Sequence record: DRR378314_799
Direction: 5' to 3' (one strand)
Length of the DNA: 64,000 nt
The notes under the pieces were generated by a model. The model was given only the letters and a program-made list of their open reading frames with translations. It made no database searches and was not told the DNA's origin. Positions 48,720-57,530 of this stretch are shown here, piece after piece (within the stretch, counting starts at the first letter, position 1; each line of letters starts with the position of its first letter). The translations under genes and the position numbers were made by a program.

Positions 48720-50000
48720 ATGCACCAACGCCGCTCAGGGAAAACCACGACCTTTAATGCCGCTACGCCAGACAGCGATGCCCAGCGCGACAGGGCGCGT
48801 ATTATTCACTCGTCGGCGTTTCGTCGCTTGCAGGCAAAAACTCAGGTGCTGGGTGTGGGCGAGAGTGACTTTTACCGCACACGCTTAACGCATTCTATGG
48901 AAGTGGCTCAGATTGGTTCGGGCATTTGTGAGAAGTTAAAGCAAAAGTATGCAGAGAACGACGCTACTTCGACGCATATCCCGTCTTATTTTCAAATTGA
49001 GGCCATTTGTCTGGCGCATGATATTGGTCACCCGCCGTTCGGGCACGGTGGCGAAGTGGCGCTGAACTACCACATGCACAGCAGCGGTGGTTTTGAAGGT
49101 AATGGGCAGACCCTGCGTATTATCTCAAAGCTGGGTGAGTATTCCGACCACGACGGTTTGGATTTAACTCGTCGCACTTTACTCGGTGTGCTTAAGTATC
49201 CGGTGCTGCATAGCGAAGTTAGTACTCCCTCACTGTCTGATGAAAAGCACTTAAGTGCTTTTAAACCGCCCAAATCTATTCATGACGACGAACAGGATGT
49301 GCTGGACTGGATACTGGAACCGCTGACTCCCAACGACAAAGCGACCTTTCGCTCCACTAAAATGAAAGAGGGTAAAACCAAAGCACAGTACAAAGCTTTT
49401 GATACCTCCATTATGGAGCTGGCCGACGACATATCGTACGGCGTGCACGATTTGGAAGACTCGCTGGCACTGAACCTGGTAACTGAAAAGCAGTGGCGCG
49501 AAGACGTACTCGCTGTTTTGGACGACAACAGCGTTATTATGCTGGAAGAGCGGTTTTATACCGAGGCGCTTTTTTCAGGCCAAAGCCGTGCGCGTAAGCA
49601 CGCAATTAGTAAGCTTGTCGGGCATTTTGTGGATGCCATTGAAGTGAAAGAGCAGAACCGGTTTGAATCGCTCTGGTTAGATCTGCAGGCAAGCCTTCCT
49701 GAGAACATTGAACATACTCTGCAAGTGTTGAAGGACTTTGTGTTTAAGCATGTTATTCGCAGCTCTTCGGTGCAGGTTCTGGAGTACAAAGGCCAGATGA
49801 TGATCTTGAAGCTGTTTCAGGTACTGAGCGAAAACCCAGAGCAACTGCTGCCTGGCTCTACTTTGCAAAAATATAAAAACGCAGAAAACCCCAAGCGTGT
49901 TATTTGTGACTATATTTCGGGCATGACGGACAACTACGCGACCAAGCTTTACAGTAAACTGTTCAGCCCAGACACCGGCTCTGTATTTGATAAGGTTTAG
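48720..50000 (+). CDS. HD-superfamily dGTP triphosphohydrolase (candidate antiphage dGTPase)
   Basis: RDRARIIHSSAFRRLQAKTQV, RTRLTHSMEVAQ, AHDIGHPPFGHGGE, FEGNGQTLR, MELADDISY, DYISGMTD. Confidence 0.9.
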   Translation: MHQRRSGKTTTFNAATPDSDAQRDRARIIHSSAFRRLQAKTQVLGVGESDFYRTRLTHSMEVAQIGSGICEKLKQKYAENDATSTHIPSYFQIEAICLAHDIGHPPFGHGGEVALNYHMHSSGGFEGNGQTLRIISKLGEYSDHDGLDLTRRTLLGVLKYPVLHSEVSTPSLSDEKHLSAFKPPKSIHDDEQDVLDWILEPLTPNDKATFRSTKMKEGKTKAQYKAFDTSIMELADDISYGVHDLEDSLALNLVTEKQWREDVLAVLDDNSVIMLEERFYTEALFSGQSRARKHAISKLVGHFVDAIEVKEQNRFESLWLDLQASLPENIEHTLQVLKDFVFKHVIRSSSVQVLEYKGQMMILKLFQVLSENPEQLLPGSTLQKYKNAENPKRVICDYISGMTDNYATKLYSKLFSPDTGSVFDKV

Positions 50001-50002
50001 TT

Positions 50003-50710
50003 ATGAATGTTTACATGATGCTGTTACTGGCCTGGGGGGCGGGGCTTTCCGCCTTTTTAGGTGGTGTATTTGCCCGTTACGAAGGCATGCCCAAAACTAC
50101 CGGAAAGCGTGAGTTTATTCACGGCATTACCGCCTTTGGCGGTGGCATTTTAGTGTCCGCAGTCGCTTTTGCTCTGGTTCCTGAGGGAATGAAAGAATTG
50201 AATGCCTGGTCTCTCACTTTGTTGTTTGCCAGCGGCGGTATTGTTTTTTGCTGCATTGATGCGTGGTTGGCTAAACAGGGTGGAAATGCCTCTCAATTTC
50301 TTGCCATGCTAATGGACTTTGTTCCCGAGGCTTTATCGTTAGGTGCCGTTTTTGCCATCAGTCCAAATACAGGGCTGTTATTGGCCGTTTTCATTGGCGC
50401 GCAAAACTTTCCCGAGGGCTTTAATGCCTACCGTGAACTGAAGGCGGCGGGGCTCACCAAAAAAATGGCACTGGGCGGGCTATTTGCAGCCTCATTCTTC
50501 GGCCCTCTTGCAGCAATTTCGGGCTATTTATGGTTGAGCGACACCCCGGCAATTACGGCTATGATCATGAGTTTCGCCGCTGGCGGTATCCTTTACTTAG
50601 TATTTCAGGATATTGCCCCACAAGCGAGAATGCGACGTCACTGGACGCCCTCACTCGGAGCTGTATTGGGCTTTATTATTGGCATGCTGAGTAAGCAGTT
50701 GCTGGGTTAG
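50003..50710 (+). CDS. ZIP/ZupT-like metal transporter
   Basis: About 8 TM segments; AFGGGIL, LVPEG, DFVPEA, QNFPEG, FAAGGILY..F.DI.P. Confidence 0.78.
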   Translation: MNVYMMLLLAWGAGLSAFLGGVFARYEGMPKTTGKREFIHGITAFGGGILVSAVAFALVPEGMKELNAWSLTLLFASGGIVFCCIDAWLAKQGGNASQFLAMLMDFVPEALSLGAVFAISPNTGLLLAVFIGAQNFPEGFNAYRELKAAGLTKKMALGGLFAASFFGPLAAISGYLWLSDTPAITAMIMSFAAGGILYLVFQDIAPQARMRRHWTPSLGAVLGFIIGMLSKQLLG

Positions 50711-51312
50711 TCGTCCTGCTTGTAAGCAATAACATAAAAACTAACGGCTCCGTCGCTTAAAATTTTAGTTCCATAATGTTGCCCATAAAACTGAAGTTCA
50801 TTGTTAGCTTTCATAAAGGAACGAAACTGTTCTTGGCTTGTAAATATACCCGTAACAACACACATCGTCAGCCGACATTCAGATTCTGCGTGTAACAGCC
50901 CTTTCTGGTTAGAAAGCAGGCTGGATAGCTTTTTTTCGCGGCTGATTCCCCACGAACTGATGCCATTTTGCGGTGCGAATCTCTCAACGCCACGGAGGTA
51001 ATTACTGTTATCGGTAAAGTGCTTATTCTGTCCCTCAAAAAAACTCGGGTTTTCTGCAATAAGTTGCTCGCGTTTGAGCTCGTCTTCATTTGAAGTGTCG
51101 CCTGCAGGCTGAGGTGACTCAACTGACTCGGCAGCTTGTTCGGCACTGGTCTCACTGTTGGATGTATCCAGTTGCGCGCTGGTTTTTGCTTTTGGAGCAT
51201 CGGCATTTGCTGGTGCGGTTGGTGTTTTTAAGCCGTCCGTTGACTGGCGGCCAAGCCAAAAAGAGAAAGCAGCAACCAAAACAAATGCGCATGCTAATAA
51301 AATCCTTTTCAT
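50707..51312 (-). CDS. Hypothetical membrane-anchored protein
   Basis: N-terminal TM, low-complexity linker, C-terminal domain with W...RE and ECRLTMC; GAGGT RBS. Confidence 0.6.
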   Translation of the reverse strand: MKRILLACAFVLVAAFSFWLGRQSTDGLKTPTAPANADAPKAKTSAQLDTSNSETSAEQAAESVESPQPAGDTSNEDELKREQLIAENPSFFEGQNKHFTDNSNYLRGVERFAPQNGISSWGISREKKLSSLLSNQKGLLHAESECRLTMCVVTGIFTSQEQFRSFMKANNELQFYGQHYGTKILSDGAVSFYVIAYKQDD

Positions 51313-51334
51313 AGTTACCTCTAAAGTATTCATG

Positions 51335-51348
51335 GACTAAATTTGGTC
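51335..51348. promoter_or_regulatory. Near-palindromic operator candidate upstream of the Phd-RelE/ParE pair
   Basis: GACTAAATTTGGTC (one mismatched pair), followed by a further TTTGGAC half-site and TATAAT. Confidence 0.4.
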
Positions 51349-51414
51349 TTTATTTGGACTTCTGTTGGTTTTCACCTATAATTTTAAAAGTAACCTAGTC
51401 TAGGGGGTCAGACA

Positions 51415-51687
51415 ATGTATCAAACTAAACAGTCACGCATCACAACGGTTTCAGCATTTAAGAAAGAACTTTCCTCAATGAATGTTGAGGAGCCTGTTGT
51501 TGTTACCCAAAATGGGGAGCCACTCTATGTGGTTCAGGATCCAGCCCAGTATGAAATGCAGCAAGAACAAATGGCTTTTATGAAGCTAATGTCATTCGCG
51601 GAAAAAGATTTAAAAGCTGGACGTACCTTATCTTCAAATCAGCTTCGTTCTAATCTTGAGGAAGTGCTGACGAATGACGGCAATTAG
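51415..51687 (+). CDS. Phd/YefM-family antitoxin
   Basis: TVS.FKK, EPVVVTQNGEP.YVV, AE.D.KAGR. Confidence 0.82.
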   Translation: MYQTKQSRITTVSAFKKELSSMNVEEPVVVTQNGEPLYVVQDPAQYEMQQEQMAFMKLMSFAEKDLKAGRTLSSNQLRSNLEEVLTNDGN

Positions 51688-52015
51688 CATTGAATATACC
51701 GAAACATTTGAACGTCAAGTTAGTGCATATAGCCAATATCTGGCGAGGTATATTGGTCAATCACAGGCAAGGGGGCTGATATTTAATTTTATAGATATGC
51801 TTGAGCAGAGGGTAATACGCTATCCCGAGAGCAGCCCGCTTTGTGAAGAAGCGGCCAGCTTAGGTTTTACGAATTATCGTGACTTTATTCTCCCTGATCA
51901 GCAATTGAGAGCCATTTATCGACTTGAAGAAGATAAAGCATATATGATGCTTTTTCTAAAATCCCGCCAGAGTATCAGAGAAGCGCTCCTGCAATATTGT
52001 TTGCGGGTTGAGTAA
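51674..52015 (+). CDS. RelE/ParE-family toxin
   Basis: IEYT.TF, I..YL, PES.P.C, YR, RAIYR, RQS; overlaps the antitoxin 3' end. Confidence 0.72.
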   Translation: MTAISIEYTETFERQVSAYSQYLARYIGQSQARGLIFNFIDMLEQRVIRYPESSPLCEEAASLGFTNYRDFILPDQQLRAIYRLEEDKAYMMLFLKSRQSIREALLQYCLRVE

Positions 52016-52038
52016 TTACCTGAGAATAGATATTTCGG

Positions 52039-52488
52039 TCAACGATAGGCCGGAGTTGGCTCATTGATTGATGATTGCGGTGGTTGTTGCAGCCAGTTTT
52101 CGGTAATAAGCCCGGGAACTCGCTCAAATTCTCCGGTGTTATTGGTAACAACCGTGAGTCCATGGCATCTGGCATGGCCAGCTATCATCTGATCATAGGG
52201 GCCAATAGGTGTGCCCTGCTGTTTCAGTTTGTGACGAATAAGTGCTGTGTGATAAGTCGCGTCAGTATCGTAATTTAGTATTTTTAAACGAGCCAAAAAG
52301 CTGTCGAGTTTGTCGGCATTAGTTGTACGTTGCTGCGAGTTTTCGACACCATATTGAAGCTCCATTACGGTTACTGAACTGATGCAGAGCTCGCGCGAGT
52401 GTTCATCAAAAATAGGAGCTAAATATGCTGGTCTATTCTTCATGATATAGATGCAAATATTCGTATCGAGCATATAGCGCAAGTTCAT
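52039..52488 (-). CDS. vapC: VapC PIN-domain toxin (resembles the tRNA-fMet-cleaving group)
   Basis: YMLDTNICIY, SSVT.MEL.YG, G.PIGPYD.MIAGHA, VVTNN..EF.RVPGL..ENW. Confidence 0.93.
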   Translation of the reverse strand: MNLRYMLDTNICIYIMKNRPAYLAPIFDEHSRELCISSVTVMELQYGVENSQQRTTNADKLDSFLARLKILNYDTDATYHTALIRHKLKQQGTPIGPYDQMIAGHARCHGLTVVTNNTGEFERVPGLITENWLQQPPQSSINEPTPAYR

Positions 52489-52715
52489 AGCGAGTCGCGC
52501 TCCTGCTCCTCAGGCTGCTCGCGTTCAACCATAAAGTCATCGCTTGCGGGTTCGCCGTTAAACCAGGATGCCCAGCTTGTTTTGGCCGGGGTAATAATTC
52601 GGCTTTCACCAACCACTAAAACTTCCACCTCTTTAACGTCTTCGGAAAAGGCAACGTCTTTGGGTAATCGGACAGCTTGAGTTTTGTTACTTTTAAATAA
52701 GCTTGTTTTAGTCAT
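52485..52715 (-). CDS. vapB: VapB antitoxin (AbrB-type)
   Basis: TSLFKSNKTQAVRLPK.VAF, W..WF, DFM.ER.QP..QER. Confidence 0.92.
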   Translation of the reverse strand: MTKTSLFKSNKTQAVRLPKDVAFSEDVKEVEVLVVGESRIITPAKTSWASWFNGEPASDDFMVEREQPEEQERDSL

Positions 52716-52725
52716 TGGTCTTCCT

Positions 52726-52776
52726 GTATATCCAAAATGGATATACCTATTTTAGTCTAAATTTTAATCTTGTCAA
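52726..52776 (-). promoter_or_regulatory. vapBC promoter and operator
   Basis: GTATATCCA-AAA-TGGATATAC perfect inverted repeat (52726-52746); minus strand TTGACA-N16-TAAAAT. Confidence 0.75.
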
Positions 52777-52841
52777 AACCGTGATCACCCCCGCCTGTTT
52801 GAGTTATAATTCGCACAAATTTCAGCCGCGAAGAGAGAGTT

Positions 52842-53498
52842 ATGGCTAGAAACAAGAAAGAATCCATTGTTTTGGAAACTCCGACGGGGTCCGATCACGT
52901 GCTGCTGCATTCGTGCTGCGCGCCATGTTCAGGCGAGGTTATGGAGCGCATGGCGGAAGCTGGCATTAAATTTACCATTTTCTTCTATAACCCGAATATT
53001 CATCCGGAAAAAGAGTATTTGCTGCGTAAAGAAGAGAACATCCGCTTTGCTGAGAAGCTGGGTGTGGACTTTATTGACTGCGATTACGACTCTAAAAACT
53101 GGTTCGAACGGGTTAAAGGCCTGGAGTGGGAGCCGGAGCGCGGTGAACGTTGCACCGAATGTTTTGATATGCGCTTTGAGCGTACAGCGTTGTATGCCCA
53201 TGAAAACGGCTTTGACACCATTACCAGTTGCTTAGGTATTTCACGCTGGAAAAACATGGATCAGATAAACGACTGTGGTCAGCGCGCGGTAGCGCCATAC
53301 CCTGGCCTGCACTACTGGACCTTTAACTGGCGTAAACAAGGCGGCGCGGCGCGTATGGTGGAAATTGCCAAACGTGAGCGTTTTTATCAGCAAGAATACT
53401 GCGGCTGCGTTTATTCATTACGAGACATGAACCGCTGGCGCCTGAAAAATGGCCGTGACCGTATAGAGATAGGCGTTCAGTACTACACCAACGAATAA
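52842..53498 (+). CDS. queH: Epoxyqueuosine reductase QueH
   Basis: [41 protein letters not shown]. Confidence 0.93.
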   Translation: MARNKKESIVLETPTGSDHVLLHSCCAPCSGEVMERMAEAGIKFTIFFYNPNIHPEKEYLLRKEENIRFAEKLGVDFIDCDYDSKNWFERVKGLEWEPERGERCTECFDMRFERTALYAHENGFDTITSCLGISRWKNMDQINDCGQRAVAPYPGLHYWTFNWRKQGGAARMVEIAKRERFYQQEYCGCVYSLRDMNRWRLKNGRDRIEIGVQYYTNE

Positions 53499-53507
53499 CT
53501 CACACCT

Positions 53508-53548
53508 AAAAAAAGCCCCGGACGCTGGGAAGAGAGACGCCCGGGGCT
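53508..53548 (-). terminator. Intrinsic terminator of the TonB-dependent receptor gene
   Basis: Minus strand AGCCCCGGGCG-loop-CGTCCGGGGC followed by T7. Confidence 0.75.
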
Positions 53549-53572
53549 ACACGTGAAAGCTAATAAGTATTA

Positions 53573-55732
53573 TTAAAACTGGTAACTTAGCGACGCTGAG
53601 TAATTTGCTGGCGCGCCGTAATAACCTTGCGCCCAATATAAACTATTGAGGTACTTTTCATCGGTTACGTTATAGCCGTTAACTCGTACTGATAAAGCAT
53701 CCGTAATTTGCCAACTAGCCATTAAGCCTAACCGTCCGTATGCGGGCTGGCGAGTTATAATCGTCTCTCCTGCATTGCTATACATAGATCCGACAGTACC
53801 CTGTACTCGACTCGTTTCGTCCTGCCACTGATAAGTCGCGCCCAATTTTAACTGTGGTAGTTGTGGGAATTGATAAGTCAATGACGTCCGGAATAGTTTT
53901 TCCGCTGTATAGTTCTCAACTAACTCATCGCCGTCGACATCAAATACTGTTGCGGACATTTGACCTTGTAAGCCTGGGATAATTTCTCCGGCCAGTTCCA
54001 TCTCCAGCCCTTCGCTGCTGATACCGTCGGCAGCGCGATAAACCGGTTCGGGTAGTCCTGTTTCCGGATTAATGGCATCCCCGTCACCGACAGCTAAGTT
54101 TTCTTGATCGATATGGAAGTAAGAAAGACTCAGTAGCGCGCGTCGATTAAAGAGATCTGCTTTTAATCCGATTTCAGAGTTCTTACCGGTCAACGGTTCC
54201 AGGCGTTCAAAGTTCTGGTCGCGCTCAGTTTGAGCAAGGAATGTCTCAGTGTAAGATGCGTAGGTCGTTAAGGCATCATTGATAGCATAGGTCACCCCAA
54301 CATAAGGAATGAATTTTGCGTCATCGCGCGATTGATCGACACCATAACCGACGCCCTCGGTTGTGAAGTCGTTGTAGCGTCCTCCGAGTAGAACTTTTAA
54401 ATTATCGCTAAGTGCTAATCGAGTTTGTGCGTAAACGGCTTTTTGTGTGTTATCAACAACACTTCCAGCCCGCGAATCGGTGAATTCAGGTAAAGGAGTA
54501 TCTCCATCCCAGTCTCTAAGAGACGGCATAGCGGGGAAACCATTTCCGGTATGGTAGTCATAAAGGGAATAATCGACATAGTCTAGACGCGAGTAGTTAG
54601 CACCCACGACGACCTCATGTAATTGACCCCAGGCTGCAAATGAACCGCTAGCGTACAGGTCGAGGGTATCTTGTTTATTATCCAGATCGTATTCGCTGCC
54701 ATAGCCAATAAGTCCCAGTCCTGTTTCAGGATCGAGACCGACTTCTGAGTCAGCTAAATAAGTATAAAATAATAAGCTGTCCTCGTCAGTACGCACTCTG
54801 TTGTAGGCTGCGCGTAATGTCCAGCTGTCGGATAGTGCAGTCTCAATATCGACAAAACTGCGGCTCTCGCTAACTTCCCACTCTGACCAATCCGCTGCGA
54901 CATTGGTTGATTCGTCGAAGTCAGTTGGGGTGCCGTCGCCATAATATAGAGTTAAGGCGCCCCACATATTGCCATCGGTGTGACTTTTGTGTTCGCTGTG
55001 CCCCACCGTTAGAAGGGTATTGTCAGACAATGCGAAGTCAGCAACGCCATAGAACAATTTAGTATCGTTTTCATAACGATCTAAGTAGGACTCACCGCTA
55101 TCAGTTGCACCGACAAAGCGAGCTCGGATGCGATCATTGATTTTGCCTGATGCGTCTACTTCCAACCGCTTGTTATCCCAAGAGCCAAGACTACCTTCAA
55201 GACGAACCTGAGTGTCTGATGTCGGGCGTTTGCGAACCATATTGACTGTGGCTGCGGGGCTACCGACACCAGTCATAATACCGTTGGCACCGTGAATTAC
55301 CTCTACACGCTCATACAATGCTGTATCAACTCGTCCATGCGTATTGCTATTGATCAGCGGAAGACCAAGCCCGTCAATTTGAAAGTTGTTGAGTTCAAAT
55401 CCTCTTGAGGTGTAATAAACGCGGTCAGTTTCTACGTTTTCTACATTAACTGCAGCTGCGCTTTCCAGCACAGAGTTAATGTCATTGAGACCAAAGTCTT
55501 CGATTTGTTGACGTGTTATGACGGTAACCGCTTGTGGAGTTTCTTTAATGGTAAGACCTAGCTTTGTTGCACCATCTGCATCAGAGCTTCGGTATCCATC
55601 TTGTTCCTGCCCGGTGACTTTCAAACGCTCTATGACTTTATCTGTTTGTTGTGGCTCTTCGGCTGCAGCCTTTACGGGTAAGCCGATAGCGGCCAGAATG
55701 CTAGCCGCCAGAACAGTCTTTTTAATCTTCAT
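53573..55732 (-). CDS. TonB-dependent siderophore receptor (FhuE/FpvA/FpvB-like, no N-terminal signalling domain)
   Basis: Signal peptide, TonB box-like ERLKVTG, ETPQAVTVI, YERVEVI.GA.G, N.VRKRP, C-terminal N..DEKY...YG.PAN...SYQF. Confidence 0.92.
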   Translation of the reverse strand: MKIKKTVLAASILAAIGLPVKAAAEEPQQTDKVIERLKVTGQEQDGYRSSDADGATKLGLTIKETPQAVTVITRQQIEDFGLNDINSVLESAAAVNVENVETDRVYYTSRGFELNNFQIDGLGLPLINSNTHGRVDTALYERVEVIHGANGIMTGVGSPAATVNMVRKRPTSDTQVRLEGSLGSWDNKRLEVDASGKINDRIRARFVGATDSGESYLDRYENDTKLFYGVADFALSDNTLLTVGHSEHKSHTDGNMWGALTLYYGDGTPTDFDESTNVAADWSEWEVSESRSFVDIETALSDSWTLRAAYNRVRTDEDSLLFYTYLADSEVGLDPETGLGLIGYGSEYDLDNKQDTLDLYASGSFAAWGQLHEVVVGANYSRLDYVDYSLYDYHTGNGFPAMPSLRDWDGDTPLPEFTDSRAGSVVDNTQKAVYAQTRLALSDNLKVLLGGRYNDFTTEGVGYGVDQSRDDAKFIPYVGVTYAINDALTTYASYTETFLAQTERDQNFERLEPLTGKNSEIGLKADLFNRRALLSLSYFHIDQENLAVGDGDAINPETGLPEPVYRAADGISSEGLEMELAGEIIPGLQGQMSATVFDVDGDELVENYTAEKLFRTSLTYQFPQLPQLKLGATYQWQDETSRVQGTVGSMYSNAGETIITRQPAYGRLGLMASWQITDALSVRVNGYNVTDEKYLNSLYWAQGYYGAPANYSASLSYQF

Positions 55733-55778
55733 TATTCCCCTCGAATCTTAGATTTGGTCTAAATCGAGGTGGATCCTA

Positions 55779-55791
55779 AATGAAAACGATT
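55779..55791. promoter_or_regulatory. Weak Fur box-like site
   Basis: AATGAAAACGATT fits the AATGAnAAnnATT core, about 50 bp upstream of the receptor start. Confidence 0.4.
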
Positions 55792-55804
55792 CGTGTTTAA
55801 AGTT

Positions 55805-56275
55805 TTATTTCACCCAAGTCTCAGGAAGTTCCCAATGAGCTTGATGAACGTCACCATTCCAGGTTTGCAGAGTGACCCAAACGCGTTGCTGCGGTTCAAG
55901 CTTTTGTGGTGCTATGGCATGAACATGCTGCAATAACTCACTGCCATGTAAAATGCCGACATCATCTTGTTGCAGTTCTTCAATAGCAATTGGCTCCTCG
56001 CCAATGCTCACGTAACCCTGACGAATATCACTGACTTTCCCTTCGTTAACGTAGGCTGAAAAGTCTTTCACCCAGTCTTCGTGGTGCGCGTAAGGCGCTT
56101 CATTATTTGCTGGTTGTAAGGCTACTTTAAACGGGCCTACGGCTTTTTCATCCCAGACGGGAGGCAGCTCTGGTAGCTGCAGTTGCTGGTACAGAAAGTA
56201 AAAGGGCAGAATAAGAATTAAGCCGCTGAGCTTAAATTTATTGCGGTTCCAGAAGGTATTTTTACGGCGCGCCAT
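55805..56275 (-). CDS. Single-pass membrane protein, FpvH-like
   Basis: FW...KF.L..LIL.LP, VGP, W.T...W.G..HQA pattern recalled from Pseudomonas FpvH; coupled to the PepSY gene. Confidence 0.6.
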   Translation of the reverse strand: MARRKNTFWNRNKFKLSGLILILPFYFLYQQLQLPELPPVWDEKAVGPFKVALQPANNEAPYAHHEDWVKDFSAYVNEGKVSDIRQGYVSIGEEPIAIEELQQDDVGILHGSELLQHVHAIAPQKLEPQQRVWVTLQTWNGDVHQAHWELPETWVK

Positions 56276-57420
56276 TAATGAGCTCCTTCATTCTGTAACG
56301 ACTCTTGCAGCGGTGTGCGTTTGGCTTTTGCCGCTTTCACCGTGCGAGAACCCCAAATCAAAAATCCGGTAATGGACATAGCCGATAAAATAAGACCAAA
56401 AATAAACCAAATGGCTTTAGTCCAGATACCGCCAATGGTGCCGTAGTGCAGAGGGTCAACAATATGCTGAATGGTCTGCAGGGTATTCATGTTGTCGGGC
56501 GAAACGGCTCGCGCTATTTCACCGTTCCAGGGGTTAATATCCAGCCTGTAGGAGTACTGATCGTAGAAGATAAAGTCGCCACCGCCCATAATTTTGAACA
56601 TGTCACGGTTATGCTCAGGCATCATAATGAAGCTGGGGCGGATATCGGGGAAGCGCTGCTCCGCTATAAGCAAGGCGTTTTCAAAAGACACCGGAGCTTG
56701 TGCTTTTTCTCCCATAGGAATGTCAGATACTTCAACCAGCGGAGCGTGTTCTTCAATATCAATGTCTGCGTGCCAGAGCACTTGCTGAGTAAAATACCAG
56801 AGGCCAGTTAAACTCATAACAATGAGGAACCAGATGGACCAGGCGCCGCCGTGCTTATGTAAGTCGGTTAAAAGGGTTTTTTTGCCTTGCTTGGCACGAA
56901 TTTTAGGTTGCGAGTAGGCACGCCAGAACCTTTTATAAATGACCAGGCCGGTAACCAGAGCGCCAATCATGACAAAGGACATGCCCGAAACCAGGTAATA
57001 ACCCACGCTGTAGCCGTCTTGCCAGGGGAATAGCAACCAGCTATGCAGTGAGCGCATAAAGTTAATAAAAGTAATGCCCTGATTAACTTCCTGAATTTCG
57101 CCGGTGTACTGGTTTACATAGGCAATACCCATCGGGATGTTTTCATCGGAGAAAACGACGGCGTTAATAATATAAGGCTCAAAAGTCATTACCGTCGTAA
57201 CGTTGGCCGTTGGAAACTGATCTTTGACGGTAGCAACTAACTCCGAGATAGGCTGAGCGGGTAAATTGTCTGGGTTAACCGCGCGCGCATTTTCGTTGAA
57301 CAACCAAGTTAGCTCGTGACTGAATACGGCGATGGTACCGGTAATGCAAATAAAGCAAAACAGGATCCATATTGGCAGCGAGCACCACCCATGTAATTTA
57401 AACCATTGCCTTTGCGTCAT
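56275..57420 (-). CDS. PepSY-associated TM helix protein (FpvG-like putative ferri-siderophore reductase)
   Basis: WF.LH.W..LPIW, TGT.AV, LHSWLL, LH...G.W, PLHYG..GG. Confidence 0.85.
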   Translation of the reverse strand: MTQRQWFKLHGWCSLPIWILFCFICITGTIAVFSHELTWLFNENARAVNPDNLPAQPISELVATVKDQFPTANVTTVMTFEPYIINAVVFSDENIPMGIAYVNQYTGEIQEVNQGITFINFMRSLHSWLLFPWQDGYSVGYYLVSGMSFVMIGALVTGLVIYKRFWRAYSQPKIRAKQGKKTLLTDLHKHGGAWSIWFLIVMSLTGLWYFTQQVLWHADIDIEEHAPLVEVSDIPMGEKAQAPVSFENALLIAEQRFPDIRPSFIMMPEHNRDMFKIMGGGDFIFYDQYSYRLDINPWNGEIARAVSPDNMNTLQTIQHIVDPLHYGTIGGIWTKAIWFIFGLILSAMSITGFLIWGSRTVKAAKAKRTPLQESLQNEGAH

Positions 57421-57488
57421 TCCAACTCCCCCGAGAAATTTTCCGAAATGATATTGTAAATACGAACAATTATCAAATACAATGTGTC

Positions 57489-57507
57489 GATAACAATTCT
57501 CATTTAC
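57489..57507. promoter_or_regulatory. Fur box between the divergent iron-uptake genes
   Basis: Minus strand GTAAATGAGAATTGTTATC matches the Fur consensus at 14 of 19 positions. Confidence 0.65.
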
Positions 57508-57530
57508 AAAGTTTGGTCGGGAGACAATTC

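Noticed and set aside
48631-48888. 85-aa ORF overlapping the dGTPase start, or a frameshifted dGTPase N-terminus
   Set aside because: No recognisable motifs; the 48720 frame already contains the N-terminal RDRARIIHS motif.
44400-52800. Integron cassette array suggested by many TA pairs and small genes
   Set aside because: No intI gene, no repeated attC-like elements, several genes overlap or abut, and orientations alternate.
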